From: Candidatus Multivoradales bacterium
Lineage (GTDB): Bacteria > Acidobacteriota > Thermoanaerobaculia > Multivoradales > JAHEKO01
DNA: 64,000 nt
NCBI GenBank assembly: GCA_965223155.1
Contig: CBDCVR010000013.1
Coordinates: 224,001-288,000 of the forward strand
Direction: 5' to 3'
The first letter of the stretch is position 1, and every line of letters begins with the position of its first letter. Shown here piece after piece: positions 1 to 12,256 of this stretch. The notes under the pieces are model-generated. The model saw only the letters and a program-made list of their open reading frames with translations. It made no database searches and was not told the DNA's origin. The translations under genes and the position numbers were made by a program.

Positions 1-1029
1 AGGGATCGCGGCGCTGGAGCGGCGAGCCGGTGGACGGGGAGCCGCGATGGGGAGCTCGGCCAGCGATCCCTGGCGCCCGTTGGCGAGCGGCCCAACATCG
101 GGCAAGGGGATCGGTACGGTGTCGGACGAGGGCTTGGCCAGTCGGGGGTCGGCGAGCAGCTGGTCGAGCTCCGCGGCGACGCCGTGCAAATCCGGCGGCC
201 TTCGCTCCGGCCCTCGCGCCAGGCAGCGGTGGACGAGTCGGGCCAACTCGGCTGGGAGCTCTGGCGAGTGGGTCCGGACCGGCTGCGGCCTGGTGTGGGC
301 GATGCGATAGAGAAGGGCTGAGAGGGTGTCCCCCTCGAAAGGACGCACTCCGGTGAAAAGCTCGTACGCCACGACGCCGAAGGAGTAGACGTCGGTACGG
401 AAGGTGGGTCGCGTCCCCTGAATCTGTTCGGGAGCGAGATAGGCGGCGGTCCCGACGGTGGTTCCAGTGCGCGTCAGATCGGAGGGCGACTCTTTGAGCG
501 CGGCCACCCCGAAGTCCAGGATCCGGATGCTGTCGTCGGCCAAGAGGCGGATGTTCGACGGCTTGATGTCTCGATGCACCACGCCCTGGTCGTGAGCGTG
601 GGCCAGGCCTTCGGCCACCGAGCGCAAGATCTCGAGACGGCGTCGCAGCGGCACCGGGGGTCCCCGATCGATACGGTCGGAGAGATCCTCGCCGTCGAGC
701 AGCTCCTGAACCAGGAAGGGCACGCCTTCGGCGATGCCGAAGTCGAACAGGCGGACGATGGCCGGATGGTCGAGCTTGCCGACGATCTCCGCCTCCCGCG
801 CGAAGCGATCGCGCACGTCGGGCTGCATCGACGCGCACTTCTTGACGGCTACAGGGCGCTTGATCAGCGGATCGTAGCCGCGGAAGACCATGGCGAAGCC
901 GCCGGCGTTCAATGGTTCGATCAGCTCGTAGCGATCCAGGCGCTCGCGGCTCGAGTCCGGCGCAACGCCAGTTTCGGACCGGGACCGGTGCTCGATACGA
1001 GCGGTCTCGAAAGTCAATGGCTGGGTCAT
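1..1029 (-). CDS. Hanks-type Ser/Thr protein kinase (partial, 3' end beyond window)
   Basis: Not in the ORF track. Manual translation from ATG 1029 gives YELIEPLNAGGFAMVFRG..VAVKK..HRDIKPSN..DFG..GTAAYLAPEQ..DVYSFG, open to base 1. Confidence 0.93.
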   Translation of the reverse strand, partial: MTQPLTFETARIEHRSRSETGVAPDSSRERLDRYELIEPLNAGGFAMVFRGYDPLIKRPVAVKKCASMQPDVRDRFAREAEIVGKLDHPAIVRLFDFGIAEGVPFLVQELLDGEDLSDRIDRGPPVPLRRRLEILRSVAEGLAHAHDQGVVHRDIKPSNIRLLADDSIRILDFGVAALKESPSDLTRTGTTVGTAAYLAPEQIQGTRPTFRTDVYSFGVVAYELFTGVRPFEGDTLSALLYRIAHTRPQPVRTHSPELPAELARLVHRCLARGPERRPPDLHGVAAELDQLLADPRLAKPSSDTVPIPLPDVGPLANGRQGSLAELPIAAPRPPARRSSAAIP

Positions 1030-1362
1030 TGCGTTCTGTCCCCGAGCGACCCCGTACGGTGTGTGCAGCGCGTCTGCGATCGTAACCACGATAGGCTGGC
1101 GCCGGTGTGAAGCGCGCCACATCCAAGTACTTGCCGATCCATCGGGCAAGCCCGCAGACCTGCTCGCGGACCGGCGAGGAGCTGCTCCTCGACCGGTGGC
1201 AACAACCGTCCCTCGCGGGAGCGTCCCTTAGAGCGCGCCGCCGGCTGGATCGGTCCCGACGTGCCCGGATGCGGGCCAATTGGCAGGGGCGCTATCGCGA
1301 GCTGCCGCAAGCGCTGGTGTTGGTCCAGACCGGACATCCGGGCAAGTGCGGAGTGCCGGACG

Positions 1363-2463
1363 ATGGCTGGTAAGGCGCCCGCGAGCGCTCTCGACGCGCT
1401 CCTGGCGCGGATGGTGGCTGCCGGGGCGGTGTCGGCCGCGGCCGCTCTGATCGGCGATGCCCGTTCGGTGCGGTTGGAGGCCGCGGTGGGCCGCGCTGCC
1501 GGCCGTCGGCACGGCCGGACCGTCCCCGAGGGCGCACCGGTGAGCGCCGCCAGCCGGTTCGATCTGGCGTCGCTCACCAAGCCCTTCGTGGCGTCTCTGG
1601 CGCTGGTGCTGGACCGGCGGGGCCTGCTGCCGCTCGACACCCGAATCGGCGGTCTACTGCCCACGACCGCGGGTTGGTTGGGCCGGAAGCACCTGGCTTC
1701 CCTGTTGCGCCATCGGGCTGGGCTGGCGGCCTGGGCACCGGTCTACCTGGGGGAATCGAAGTCGTGGAAGGCGCCGCCGCGGGCCGAGGGCCGGGGTGGG
1801 CGGCGCAGACCTTCCGAACTGGTGGCGGGTGAGCTCGCCGGTAGGTTGGTCGGGCAGCCCGTGGGGACGTACAGTGACCTTGGGTACTTGCTTTGGTGCG
1901 AAGCGGCCGAGCGTGCGCTGGGGCGCCCTCTCGAGACTCTGCTGGCCCGGCACCTAGCTGGACCTCTTGGCTGTTCGGGGCTGGCGGCATCTCCCGGGCC
2001 GGAGCCGGGAGTCGTAGGTTGCGCTCTCGACACGCGTCGAGAGGTCGAGTTGGCGGCCGGTCTTGGCCTAGAGATTCCGTGCTTGCCGGCGCCTGGGTTG
2101 GGGGTCGTCCAGGATGGCAACGCCCGCTTCCTCGGGGGCGTGCCCGGTCACGCGGGCCTCTTCGGGAGCGCCCGGGACGCTTGGCGCTTGGCCGCTGAGT
2201 GGCTCCAGCCCGGGCGGCTTCTCGACCGGGCTCGAGTCGTTTCGGAGTGCGGCCGGCGGGGACCTTTCGTGGCCGGCTGGCGGGTGCGCCCCCCGGCGGC
2301 GCGGGGACTCGGTGGCCGTTGGCTAGGCCACACCGGCTTTACCGGCGGGGGCGCCTGGTTGCGCGTGGATCGAGGCGAGGTCCGGGTGCTGCTGGCGCAC
2401 CGGACCGCGGTGGACGTGGACCTGACTCCGTACCGGCGTGAGTTCCTGCGTTTGGAGCTCTGA
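1363..2463 (+). CDS. Serine hydrolase, beta-lactamase/AmpC family
   Basis: Motifs FDLASLTK (SxxK), YSDLGY, GHAGLF and HTGFTG. ATG 1363 chosen within ORF 1261..2463. Confidence 0.88.
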   Translation: MAGKAPASALDALLARMVAAGAVSAAAALIGDARSVRLEAAVGRAAGRRHGRTVPEGAPVSAASRFDLASLTKPFVASLALVLDRRGLLPLDTRIGGLLPTTAGWLGRKHLASLLRHRAGLAAWAPVYLGESKSWKAPPRAEGRGGRRRPSELVAGELAGRLVGQPVGTYSDLGYLLWCEAAERALGRPLETLLARHLAGPLGCSGLAASPGPEPGVVGCALDTRREVELAAGLGLEIPCLPAPGLGVVQDGNARFLGGVPGHAGLFGSARDAWRLAAEWLQPGRLLDRARVVSECGRRGPFVAGWRVRPPAARGLGGRWLGHTGFTGGGAWLRVDRGEVRVLLAHRTAVDVDLTPYRREFLRLEL

Positions 2464-2609
2464 GGCGGGTTCTGTCGCGGAGGCGGCGGCTGGTGTCGCC
2501 GGCGCGCCGGTCGTGGTAAAACTCCCGATGCGGGCCGGGGCACTCCGGCCGGCGTCCGGCCGGGACACGGTCGGCACTTTGCGAACCGAACATTGAGGGA
2601 CGATCTGCG

Positions 2610-3797
2610 ATGAGTATGGAGAAGGATCTTGTACTTCTAGATGGCGTGCGCACGCCCATGGGTGAGTTCAACCAGTCGTTTGCCGGCGTCTCGGCGATCG
2701 ACCTGGGAGCCCACGCCGCCCGGGCGCTCTTCGAGCGTTCCGGCGTCGAACCGGCCGAGATCGACCATAGCGTCGTCGGCAACGCCCTCCAGACCTCGAC
2801 GGATGCCATCTATGGCGCGCGCCACGTGGCCCTCAAGTCGGGTGTGCCCGAGGACAAGCCCGCCCTGACCGTCAACCGGCTGTGCGGTTCGGGCATCCAG
2901 TCGATTCTGAGTGGCGCCCACCTCATCCTGGCGGGCGAGGCTGGCACGTGCCTGGTCGGCGGCATGGAGAACATGAGCCAGGCGCCGCATTGCATCTGGG
3001 GCGCCCGGCGTGGCCTGCCCCTGGGCCGCGGCAAGCTCGAAGATCTGTTGATGGCATCCCTCTTGGATTCGTACTGCGGCTACTACATGGCGCAGACGAG
3101 TAACAACCTGGCCCGCGACTACGACATCTCTCGCGCCGAGCAGGACGAGTTCGCGGTGCTCAGTCAGCAACGGGCGGCGGCCGCCGCGGAAGCCGGCCGG
3201 CTTGCCGATGAGATCGCGCCGGTCGAGGTCGGCAAGGGCAAGCGGGCCCGGACCGTGTCCGTAGACGAGCATCTGCGCCCGGAGACCACGGCCGAGACCC
3301 TGGCGAAGCTGCCCACGGTTTTCGACGAAGACGGCTTCGTGACCGCGGGCAACGCTTCGGGCATCGTGGACGGCGCGGCGATGATGTTGCTGACCACGGC
3401 CGAGGCCGCAGAGGCCAAAGGTAGGATCCCGTTGGGCAGGATCCGGTCCTGGTCGGTCGTGGGTGTCGAACCGTCGCGCATGGGCATCGGACCGGCTCCG
3501 GCGATCCGGGAGGCGGTGGCGCGGGCCGGCATGTCTCTCGGCGACCTCGATCTCATCGAGATCAACGAGGCGTTTGCCGGCCAGATCCTCGCCGTGGTTC
3601 GGGAGCTGGATCTCGACACCGACAGGCTCAACGTCAACGGCGGCGCCATCGCTCTCGGCCATCCGCTCGGGGCCACGGGGACCCGGATCACGCTGACTCT
3701 GCTCAAGGAGCTTCAGCGCCGGGGTGGTGGCGTCGGCGTGGCCTCGGCGTGTATCGGGGGCGGGCAGGGCATCGCCATCGTCGTCGAGACGGTCTAG
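2610..3797 (+). CDS. Thiolase (acetyl-CoA C-acyltransferase)
   Basis: Motifs VNRLCGSG, NEAFA, GGAIALGHPLGATG and CIGGGQG. GAGG Shine-Dalgarno upstream. Confidence 0.96.
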   Translation: MSMEKDLVLLDGVRTPMGEFNQSFAGVSAIDLGAHAARALFERSGVEPAEIDHSVVGNALQTSTDAIYGARHVALKSGVPEDKPALTVNRLCGSGIQSILSGAHLILAGEAGTCLVGGMENMSQAPHCIWGARRGLPLGRGKLEDLLMASLLDSYCGYYMAQTSNNLARDYDISRAEQDEFAVLSQQRAAAAAEAGRLADEIAPVEVGKGKRARTVSVDEHLRPETTAETLAKLPTVFDEDGFVTAGNASGIVDGAAMMLLTTAEAAEAKGRIPLGRIRSWSVVGVEPSRMGIGPAPAIREAVARAGMSLGDLDLIEINEAFAGQILAVVRELDLDTDRLNVNGGAIALGHPLGATGTRITLTLLKELQRRGGGVGVASACIGGGQGIAIVVETV

Positions 3798-3946
3798 CGA
3801 AGCCGTCTCGACCAGGTAAGGGGTCCGGCCGGTGCGGGGATGCCCGTTCTGGACGGCTCTCCGGGTTGCGATTGGCTTAGCGTCAGATCGCCACGCTCGA
3901 TTGCGTCTTTTCTAGGTAGCCGGTCCGGCCAGGACGGCTTACCAAG

Positions 3947-4654
3947 ATGGGCGCGTTGATCCGAGACATGGACCTGCTGGAGCGGCCGCGCGAGCGGTTG
4001 CTGGCGAACGGCTCGGCGGCGCTTGCCGACAGCGAGCTGGTCGCCATTCTGCTCCGGACCGGCGGCGCCGGGCGCTCGGCCGTGGCCCTGGCTCGCGAGC
4101 TACTGCGCGAGATGGGAGGCCTGCCGGGCCTGGTGGGTATTGGCGCCGACGCGGTGCGGCGTCCGGGACTGGGAGACGCCAAGGCCGCGGCGGTGCTAGC
4201 GGCGGTGGAGATCGCGCGGCGCCTGGCCCGGGCCGAGATTCCAGATCGGCTGCCGCTCTCCCGGCCGGAGGCCGTGGCCCGGTACCTCGCGATGCGCTAC
4301 GGCAATCGCGGCCAGGAGGTCTTTGGCGTCCTGTTTCTGGACTCGCGCTCGCGCTTGCTCGCTGAGCTCGAGATCTTTCGCGGGACCCTCCAGCGGGCTT
4401 CGGTCGAGCCCCGCCAGATCTTCAAGGAGGCTCTGCTGCGGAACGCCGCGAGCCTCATCGTGTTCCACAACCACCCGAGCGGGGATCCGTCACCGAGCGC
4501 TGAGGACTTGGCCTTCACCCGGCGCCTCGTGGCGAGCGGCGAAGTCGTGGGAGTGCGCCTGCTGGACCATCTGATTCTGGGCGGAAGCGGCGCCTGGGTG
4601 TCGTTGCGCTCGCGCCCGGATTGGCCCCTCGCGGAGGCCCTGCGCTCGGCCTGA
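3947..4654 (+). CDS. radC: RadC/JAB-domain protein
   Basis: ERPRERLL N-terminus, HNHPSGDPSPSAED and LLDHLI. Confidence 0.95.
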   Translation: MGALIRDMDLLERPRERLLANGSAALADSELVAILLRTGGAGRSAVALARELLREMGGLPGLVGIGADAVRRPGLGDAKAAAVLAAVEIARRLARAEIPDRLPLSRPEAVARYLAMRYGNRGQEVFGVLFLDSRSRLLAELEIFRGTLQRASVEPRQIFKEALLRNAASLIVFHNHPSGDPSPSAEDLAFTRRLVASGEVVGVRLLDHLILGGSGAWVSLRSRPDWPLAEALRSA

Positions 4655-4821
4655 CGGCTTCGGGTACGGGAATCCTACGTTTCGGGCAACCAAGGCCGCG
4701 GACCGTCTTGCGAGCCCCGGGCGCCCGGCCGCGGCCCTGCGCCGGGTCGTGGGTCCGAGGTAAGATTCCGGTATCCGTTCGGGCTGTTTCGCCGCCCGAT
4801 CCCCGGGTTGGCCCGCACGCA

Positions 4822-6738
4822 ATGAGCAGTCCCTTCTATCTCTCGACACCGATCTACTACGTCAACGACTTGCCCCACATCGGGCACGTCTACACCACCA
4901 TCGTGGCCGATACGGTGGCTCGGTACCGCCGGCTCGCGGGCGATGACGTGTTCTTCGCTACCGGCACCGACGAGCACGGCGTCAACATCTTGCGCACCGC
5001 GGAGCGGCGAGGTATCAGCCCGCAGGAACAGGCCGATCGGGTGGTCTCTCGGTACCGGGAGCTGTGGAGCGAGATCGGCATCTCCCACGACGACTTCGTG
5101 CGCACGACCGAGCCGCGCCATCATCGTGCGGTGGCTGAGATCGTCCGGAGGATCGAGGCCAACGGCGATCTCTACTCGGCGAAGCACGAGGGCTGGTACT
5201 GCGCCTCGTGCGAGAGCTTCTACACCGAAAAGGAGATCGGTGCCGACCGGCTGTGCCCGATTCATGAGACGGAGACCGAGTGGCAGTCGGAGGAGAACGT
5301 GTTCTTCCGGTTGTCGAAGTACCAGGAGCGCCTGCTGGAGTGGTACGACCGGCCCGGTTCGGTGGAGCCGCAGAGCCGCCGCAACGAGGTTCGGAGTTTC
5401 GTCGCAGGGGGGCTCCGGGACTTGTCGGTGAGCCGCGCCGGCCTGACTTGGGGCGTGGAGTTCCCCGGCCATCCCGGCCAGACGGTCTACGTATGGCTCG
5501 ATGCGCTCACCAACTACCTGAGCGTGCTTGGCTTCGGGACCGAGCCCGAAAGCGAGCGGCTGCGTTTCTGGAGCGACGAAGCGGGCCGCCGGCTTCATCT
5601 CGTGGGCAAGGACATCTTGCGGTTTCACGCCGTCTACTGGCCAGCCTTCCTGATGTCGGCTGGACTGCCTTTGCCGACCACTGTCTGGGCTCACGGCTGG
5701 TGGCTTCGCGACGACAAGAAGGTCTCGAAGTCGGTCGGCAATATCGTTTCCCTGGACGAGGTTTTCGAGCAGTTCGGCGTCGATCCCGTCCGGTACTTCC
5801 TTCTGCGGGAGATGGTATTCGGCCAGGACGCGAGCTTCTCGGACGAGGCCTTCGTGGATCGTTTCAACAGCGACCTCGCCAACGATCTGGGCAACACCGT
5901 GAGCCGGCTGGTCAAGCTCTCCCGGACCGCCTTCGACGGCAAGACGCCTCCGGAAGCGTGCGGCAACAATCCGGTCCGGGAGACCGCGCTCGCGGCGCTC
6001 GCCGAGTATCGCGAGGCGATGGATGCCCTGGCGTTTCACCGCGCGCTGCGCAGCCTGTGGCGAATCCTGGCCGAGGTCAACCAGTACCTGGTGAGCCGCG
6101 CTCCCTGGAAGGCGCTGAAGGAAGGGCCGGCCGACGACGCGGTCTCGCGCGTCCTCTGGAACGGGCTGGAGGGGTGTCGCCTGGTGGCGGCCGGGTTGGT
6201 CCCGATCATGCCCGAGCTGGCGCCGCGCATTCTGAAGGCCATCGGGGCCGGGGTCCCTGAGAGCCTCGAAGGGTTGGAATGGGGCGGGCTGCCGCTGTCG
6301 GCCGAGTTGCCCGAGCGCCAGGCACTGTTTCCACGAATCGACAAGAAGGCGTTTCTGGCCGGGGAGGCGCTCGTGAGCGCGGTACCGCCGGTGGAGGACA
6401 CGAAGGAGACAGAACCGATGATCTCGATCGACGAATTCTTTCGTACCGAGCTCAAGGTGGCCGACGTTGTCGCCGCCGAGCGGATTCCAAAGTCCAAGAA
6501 GCTGCTCAAGCTCACGGTCCGCCTGGGGGAGGAGGAGCGCACCGTGGTTGCCGGCATCGCCGAAGCGTACGAAGCCGAAGATCTCGTCGGACGGCAGGTC
6601 GTGGTGGTGGCCAACCTGCAGCCCGCCAAGCTCATGGGCGTCGAGTCCCAGGGCATGGTGCTGGCGGCGTCGGTGGACGGTAGGCCGGTACTGGTGCATC
6701 CGGCGCAGGAAGTGCCCGGCGGGACCCCCGTGAAGTGA
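4822..6738 (+). CDS. metG: Methionyl-tRNA synthetase with C-terminal tRNA-binding OB domain
   Basis: TPIYYVNDLPHIGH, GTDEHG, YVWLDAL, GKDILRFH, KVSKS, and C-terminal KLMGVESQGM. Confidence 0.97.
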   Translation: MSSPFYLSTPIYYVNDLPHIGHVYTTIVADTVARYRRLAGDDVFFATGTDEHGVNILRTAERRGISPQEQADRVVSRYRELWSEIGISHDDFVRTTEPRHHRAVAEIVRRIEANGDLYSAKHEGWYCASCESFYTEKEIGADRLCPIHETETEWQSEENVFFRLSKYQERLLEWYDRPGSVEPQSRRNEVRSFVAGGLRDLSVSRAGLTWGVEFPGHPGQTVYVWLDALTNYLSVLGFGTEPESERLRFWSDEAGRRLHLVGKDILRFHAVYWPAFLMSAGLPLPTTVWAHGWWLRDDKKVSKSVGNIVSLDEVFEQFGVDPVRYFLLREMVFGQDASFSDEAFVDRFNSDLANDLGNTVSRLVKLSRTAFDGKTPPEACGNNPVRETALAALAEYREAMDALAFHRALRSLWRILAEVNQYLVSRAPWKALKEGPADDAVSRVLWNGLEGCRLVAAGLVPIMPELAPRILKAIGAGVPESLEGLEWGGLPLSAELPERQALFPRIDKKAFLAGEALVSAVPPVEDTKETEPMISIDEFFRTELKVADVVAAERIPKSKKLLKLTVRLGEEERTVVAGIAEAYEAEDLVGRQVVVVANLQPAKLMGVESQGMVLAASVDGRPVLVHPAQEVPGGTPVK

Positions 6739-7511
6739 CCGGTTTCATCGACTCGCACTGCCATCTCCAGTACTTCTCGGCCGAGGAGCAAGCCTTCTTC
6801 TTGGACCGAGCCCGCAATCGGGGCGTGGCGGGATTCCTGGTGCCTGCGGTGCGGCTCGATGACGTCCCCGGGATCCTGGAGCTGGCCGAGCGTGAGGACG
6901 ACGTATGGTGCGCCGCCGGGGTTCACCCCCATGAAGCCAGCTCATGGCGATCGGGCGACGCGCGGCGCCTGGCCGAGTACCTGGGCCATCCCAAGGTGGT
7001 GGCGGTGGGCGAGTGTGGTTTGGATTTCTTCTACGACCGAGCGCCCCGGGATCAGCAGCTCGGGGTCATGCGGGCTCAGTGGGACGTGGCGCTCGAGCAC
7101 GGCTTGCCGGTGGTGGTGCACAACCGAGATAGCGACGCCACCATGCTGGCCGCCCTGGCCGATGATCTCTTCGGCGAGCTGACCGGGGTGATGCATTCGT
7201 TTGCCGCGAGTCCGCAGATGGCGCGGACGGTTGTTGCCCACGGCTTCTACGTCGGCGTCTCGGGCATGGTGACCTTTCCCAAGGCGGACAACGTTCGGGC
7301 GATCGTCGGCGAGGTGCCGGCGGACAGGCTCCTGGTCGAGACCGACACCCCGTATCTGACACCGGTGCCCTACCGGGGCCGTCGCAATGAGCCTGCCTTC
7401 GTCTACGAGGCCGGCAAGCGCCTTGCGCAGGAGCTGGGAGTCTCGGTAGAGGAGTTGGAGGACGGCACGAGCCGGAACTTCTACCGGCTCTTTCCCAAGG
7501 CCGCCGGATAG
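6735..7511 (+). CDS. tatD: TatD family hydrolase
   Basis: DSHCHL, GVHPH, VGECGLD and ETDTPYL. GTGA overlap with metG. Confidence 0.94.
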   Translation: MTGFIDSHCHLQYFSAEEQAFFLDRARNRGVAGFLVPAVRLDDVPGILELAEREDDVWCAAGVHPHEASSWRSGDARRLAEYLGHPKVVAVGECGLDFFYDRAPRDQQLGVMRAQWDVALEHGLPVVVHNRDSDATMLAALADDLFGELTGVMHSFAASPQMARTVVAHGFYVGVSGMVTFPKADNVRAIVGEVPADRLLVETDTPYLTPVPYRGRRNEPAFVYEAGKRLAQELGVSVEELEDGTSRNFYRLFPKAAG

Positions 7512-7532
7512 CCGGGGCCCCGGTATCGGTAC

Positions 7533-8309
7533 TCAGATCGGGTTGGGAACGTCGACGAAGGCCACTTCGAGCGAGTACCGGTCGGCCAGATAGTCGCCCA
7601 GTGCCCGGATGCCGAGGACCTCGGTCCGGTGGTGGCCGGCGGCCACGAAGTGGATCCCGGCCTCGAGAGCGACGTTCATGACCCATTCGGTGGGCTCGCC
7701 GGTGATGAAGGCGTCGAGCCCCAGCTCGATGGCCTCATAGATGGCCTTCGAGCCGCCGCCGGAGACCATGCCGACCGTGGAGATCGCCGCCGGGCCTCCG
7801 GAGAAAGTGAGCGGGCTGCCGCCGAAGGCGGCTCTGCAGCGTGCGAGGAGCTCGTCGGGAGAAATGGGTTCCGGAAACCGTCCGAAGTGTCCGATGTCGG
7901 CGCCGCCGAAGTTCGCGAAGGGCTGGAGCTCGTCGGCGCTCGCTCCGAGGGCGCCCAGGCCCAGGGCGTTGTTGCCCAGAGTGGCGTGGGCGTCCAGCGG
8001 CAGGTGGTAGGCGAGGAGGTTCAACTCGGCGGCCAGGAGCGCTTGCAGGCGGTCCTTGCGGAATCCGGTAACCCGCCGCGAGTCCCCTTCCCAGAAGAGC
8101 CCGTGGTGGACAAGGAGGGCGTCGGCGCCGGCCGCGGCGGCGTGCTCGATAAGCTCGCGGCAGGCGGACACCCCGGTGACCACAGAGCGCACCCGTTTCG
8201 CGCCCTCGACCTGTAGGCCGTTGGGACAGGCGTCCCGGAACCGATCGATCTCCAGCAGCTCGCCGAGATGCCGGAGGATTCGATCGCGTGACGTTCCGTC
8301 GTCCGTCAT
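7533..8309 (-). CDS. Nif3/YbgI-like dinuclear metal-centre hexameric protein
   Basis: PNGLQVEG, LVHHGLFW, YHLPLDAH, AGHHRTE and VDVPNPI. ATG 8309 overlaps the upstream stop. Confidence 0.93.
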   Translation of the reverse strand: MTDDGTSRDRILRHLGELLEIDRFRDACPNGLQVEGAKRVRSVVTGVSACRELIEHAAAAGADALLVHHGLFWEGDSRRVTGFRKDRLQALLAAELNLLAYHLPLDAHATLGNNALGLGALGASADELQPFANFGGADIGHFGRFPEPISPDELLARCRAAFGGSPLTFSGGPAAISTVGMVSGGGSKAIYEAIELGLDAFITGEPTEWVMNVALEAGIHFVAAGHHRTEVLGIRALGDYLADRYSLEVAFVDVPNPI

Positions 8310-9433
8310 CGAGCCGCTTCCGCCGCGCTCGACGTGTCCTGAGCGTTGATCAGGGTGCGAAGGGAGTCCAAGTCCTGGTGGCAAGCCAGGAAGGCATCCA
8401 CCAGGGCCGGGTCGAAGTGGTGTCCGCGGTCCTTGGTGATCCGCCGGATCGCCTCTTCGTGCTCGTAGGCTTGCTTGTACGGTCGGGGGCTGGTGATGGC
8501 GTCGTAGGCGTCGGCTAGGGCGACGATGCGGGCCGACAGCGGGATCGCCTCGCGCGCGAGCCCGTTGGGGTATCCGGCGCCGTCCCAGCGCTCGTGATGG
8601 GCGTAGGCGATTTCCATGCCCATGGATAGGAACGTCTGTCCCGGATGGGTCTCGACCACGCTCCGTAACGTGTCGCCGCCGATGGTCGTGTGGCGCTGCA
8701 TGATGGCGAACTCGTCGTCGGCCAGGGGACCCGGCTTGTGCAGGATCGCGTCGGGAATGCCGACCTTGCCGATGTCGTGCAGAGGGCTCGAACGGTGCAG
8801 ATGATGCACGAACTCGGAATCGACCTGGCTCCGGTAGGGGCCATGCTTGCCGAGCTGCTCGGCCAGGCGGCGCCCGTACTCGCTCATCCGTTCCAGGTGG
8901 AGGCCGGTGTCGATGTCGCGCGACTCGGCCAGCTTGGCGAGGGTGATGAGGGCCAGATCCCGGGTCTCGAGGATCTCACGGGTCTGGGCCTCGATCATGT
9001 GCTCGAGGTTGAGGCGGTAGGCCTCGTTCTGACGCTGAAGCTCGTAGCGCTCGAGAGCCCGGCTGACGGTGTTCGACAGCTCTTCGAGCTCGAACGGCTT
9101 GATGAGATAGTCGTAGGCACCCTCGCGCAGGGCCTGGCGCACCACCGACATCTCGTGGTGTCCCGAGACCATCACCACCTGAGCGTGCGGATCGAGAGAC
9201 TTGACCTTCCGCAACAGCTCGAGACCGGTCATGTTCGGCATCTGGACGTCGGAGACGACCAGGGCCGGATGCGGCTCGACCAGTGCCTGTGCCAAGCCCT
9301 CCTGGCCGTCGACCGCGCTGCGCACGGGATGGCCGAGGGCTCGGATCTGGTTCACCAGGAGCCGGCGGATGGCGTCATCGTCGTCGACTACCAGGACATG
9401 GCGCGACGAAGTCGCTTCGGACGAGCTGGTCAT
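8306..9433 (-). CDS. Receiver + HD-GYP c-di-GMP phosphodiesterase (RpfG-like)
   Basis: Receiver (VVDDD, SDVQMP, KPF) followed by LHDIGKVGIP and HHERWDGAGYP. Confidence 0.93.
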   Translation of the reverse strand: MTSSSEATSSRHVLVVDDDDAIRRLLVNQIRALGHPVRSAVDGQEGLAQALVEPHPALVVSDVQMPNMTGLELLRKVKSLDPHAQVVMVSGHHEMSVVRQALREGAYDYLIKPFELEELSNTVSRALERYELQRQNEAYRLNLEHMIEAQTREILETRDLALITLAKLAESRDIDTGLHLERMSEYGRRLAEQLGKHGPYRSQVDSEFVHHLHRSSPLHDIGKVGIPDAILHKPGPLADDEFAIMQRHTTIGGDTLRSVVETHPGQTFLSMGMEIAYAHHERWDGAGYPNGLAREAIPLSARIVALADAYDAITSPRPYKQAYEHEEAIRRITKDRGHHFDPALVDAFLACHQDLDSLRTLINAQDTSSAAEAAR

Positions 9434-9556
9434 ACGTCTCCCGCACGGCAGGGCAGCGGACTCGCTTCTGCGTGAACGGCCAGTCTAGCCGGAGCGGCCG
9501 GATCGAGCTGTGATCCGGTCCACTCCGGCTGGAACCTGGACGGGCTTGAGGGCGAG

Positions 9557-11794
<2,238 letters not shown>

Positions 11795-11821
11795 TTTCTC
11801 TACTACTTTCTTTGTTGCCGT

Positions 11822-11859
11822 GACGTCCTCGCGCGGGCGCGAGACGCCCGCGAGGCGTC
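11822..11859 (-). other. Stem-loop in the rpsO-pnp intergenic region
   Basis: Imperfect inverted repeat GACG-TCCTCGCGCGGGCG...CGCCCGCGAGG-CGTC, at the position of the RNase III/autoregulatory hairpin known for rpsO-pnp in other bacteria. Confidence 0.45.
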
Positions 11860-11906
11860 CGGGGCCTCCACGGAGAGGACTGTCTGGTTTGGGTGGCCCT
11901 AGCGGG

Positions 11907-12176
11907 CTACTTGCGGATGCCGAGTCGTTCGATCAGGACGCGATAGCGCTCGACGTTCTGGCCCTTGACGTAATCCAAGAGCCGGCGCCTCTGTCCAACC
12001 AGGCGGAGCAGGCCGCGGCGGCTGTGATGGTCTTTCTTATGCGTCTTGAAGTGCTCGGTCAGATCGTTGATGCGATGGGTAAGAAGCGCCACCTGCACCT
12101 CGGGCGACCCGGTGTCGCCGTCGTGCAGCCGGTAGTCTTCGATGATTTGTGCCTTCGAGGCACCGTTCTGGAACAA
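11907..12176 (-). CDS. rpsO: 30S ribosomal protein S15
   Basis: [13 protein letters not shown] and [15 protein letters not shown] start with GGAGG upstream. Confidence 0.98.
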   Translation of the reverse strand: MFQNGASKAQIIEDYRLHDGDTGSPEVQVALLTHRINDLTEHFKTHKKDHHSRRGLLRLVGQRRRLLDYVKGQNVERYRVLIERLGIRK

Positions 12177-12256
12177 GTCTCTTTCCTCCTACGTCTACTT
12201 TTCTTGCCGCGCGGATGCTACCACAGGGGCAGTCTTCAGAATAGCCCTAAGTGCCC

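Noticed and set aside
574-1110. Plus-strand 178-aa ORF (and ORFs 30-356, 47-310)
   Set aside because: They are the antisense shadow of the minus-strand Ser/Thr kinase, which the ORF track missed because its stop lies outside the window.
3947-4654. radC as a marker of a mobile element
   Set aside because: It is the full-length chromosomal type between housekeeping genes. No integrase, att site or compositional shift is nearby.
5716-5736. KVSKS instead of KMSKS in MetRS
   Set aside because: It is a conservative variant that keeps the catalytic second Lys, and the rest of the enzyme is intact.
4675-6699. Long antisense ORFs (also 2637-3662, 19273-20763, 38970-41639, 53034-55373, 58424-59722)
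   Set aside because: They mirror well-conserved genes codon for codon, which is the expected stop-poor shadow in high-GC DNA. They carry no recognisable motifs.
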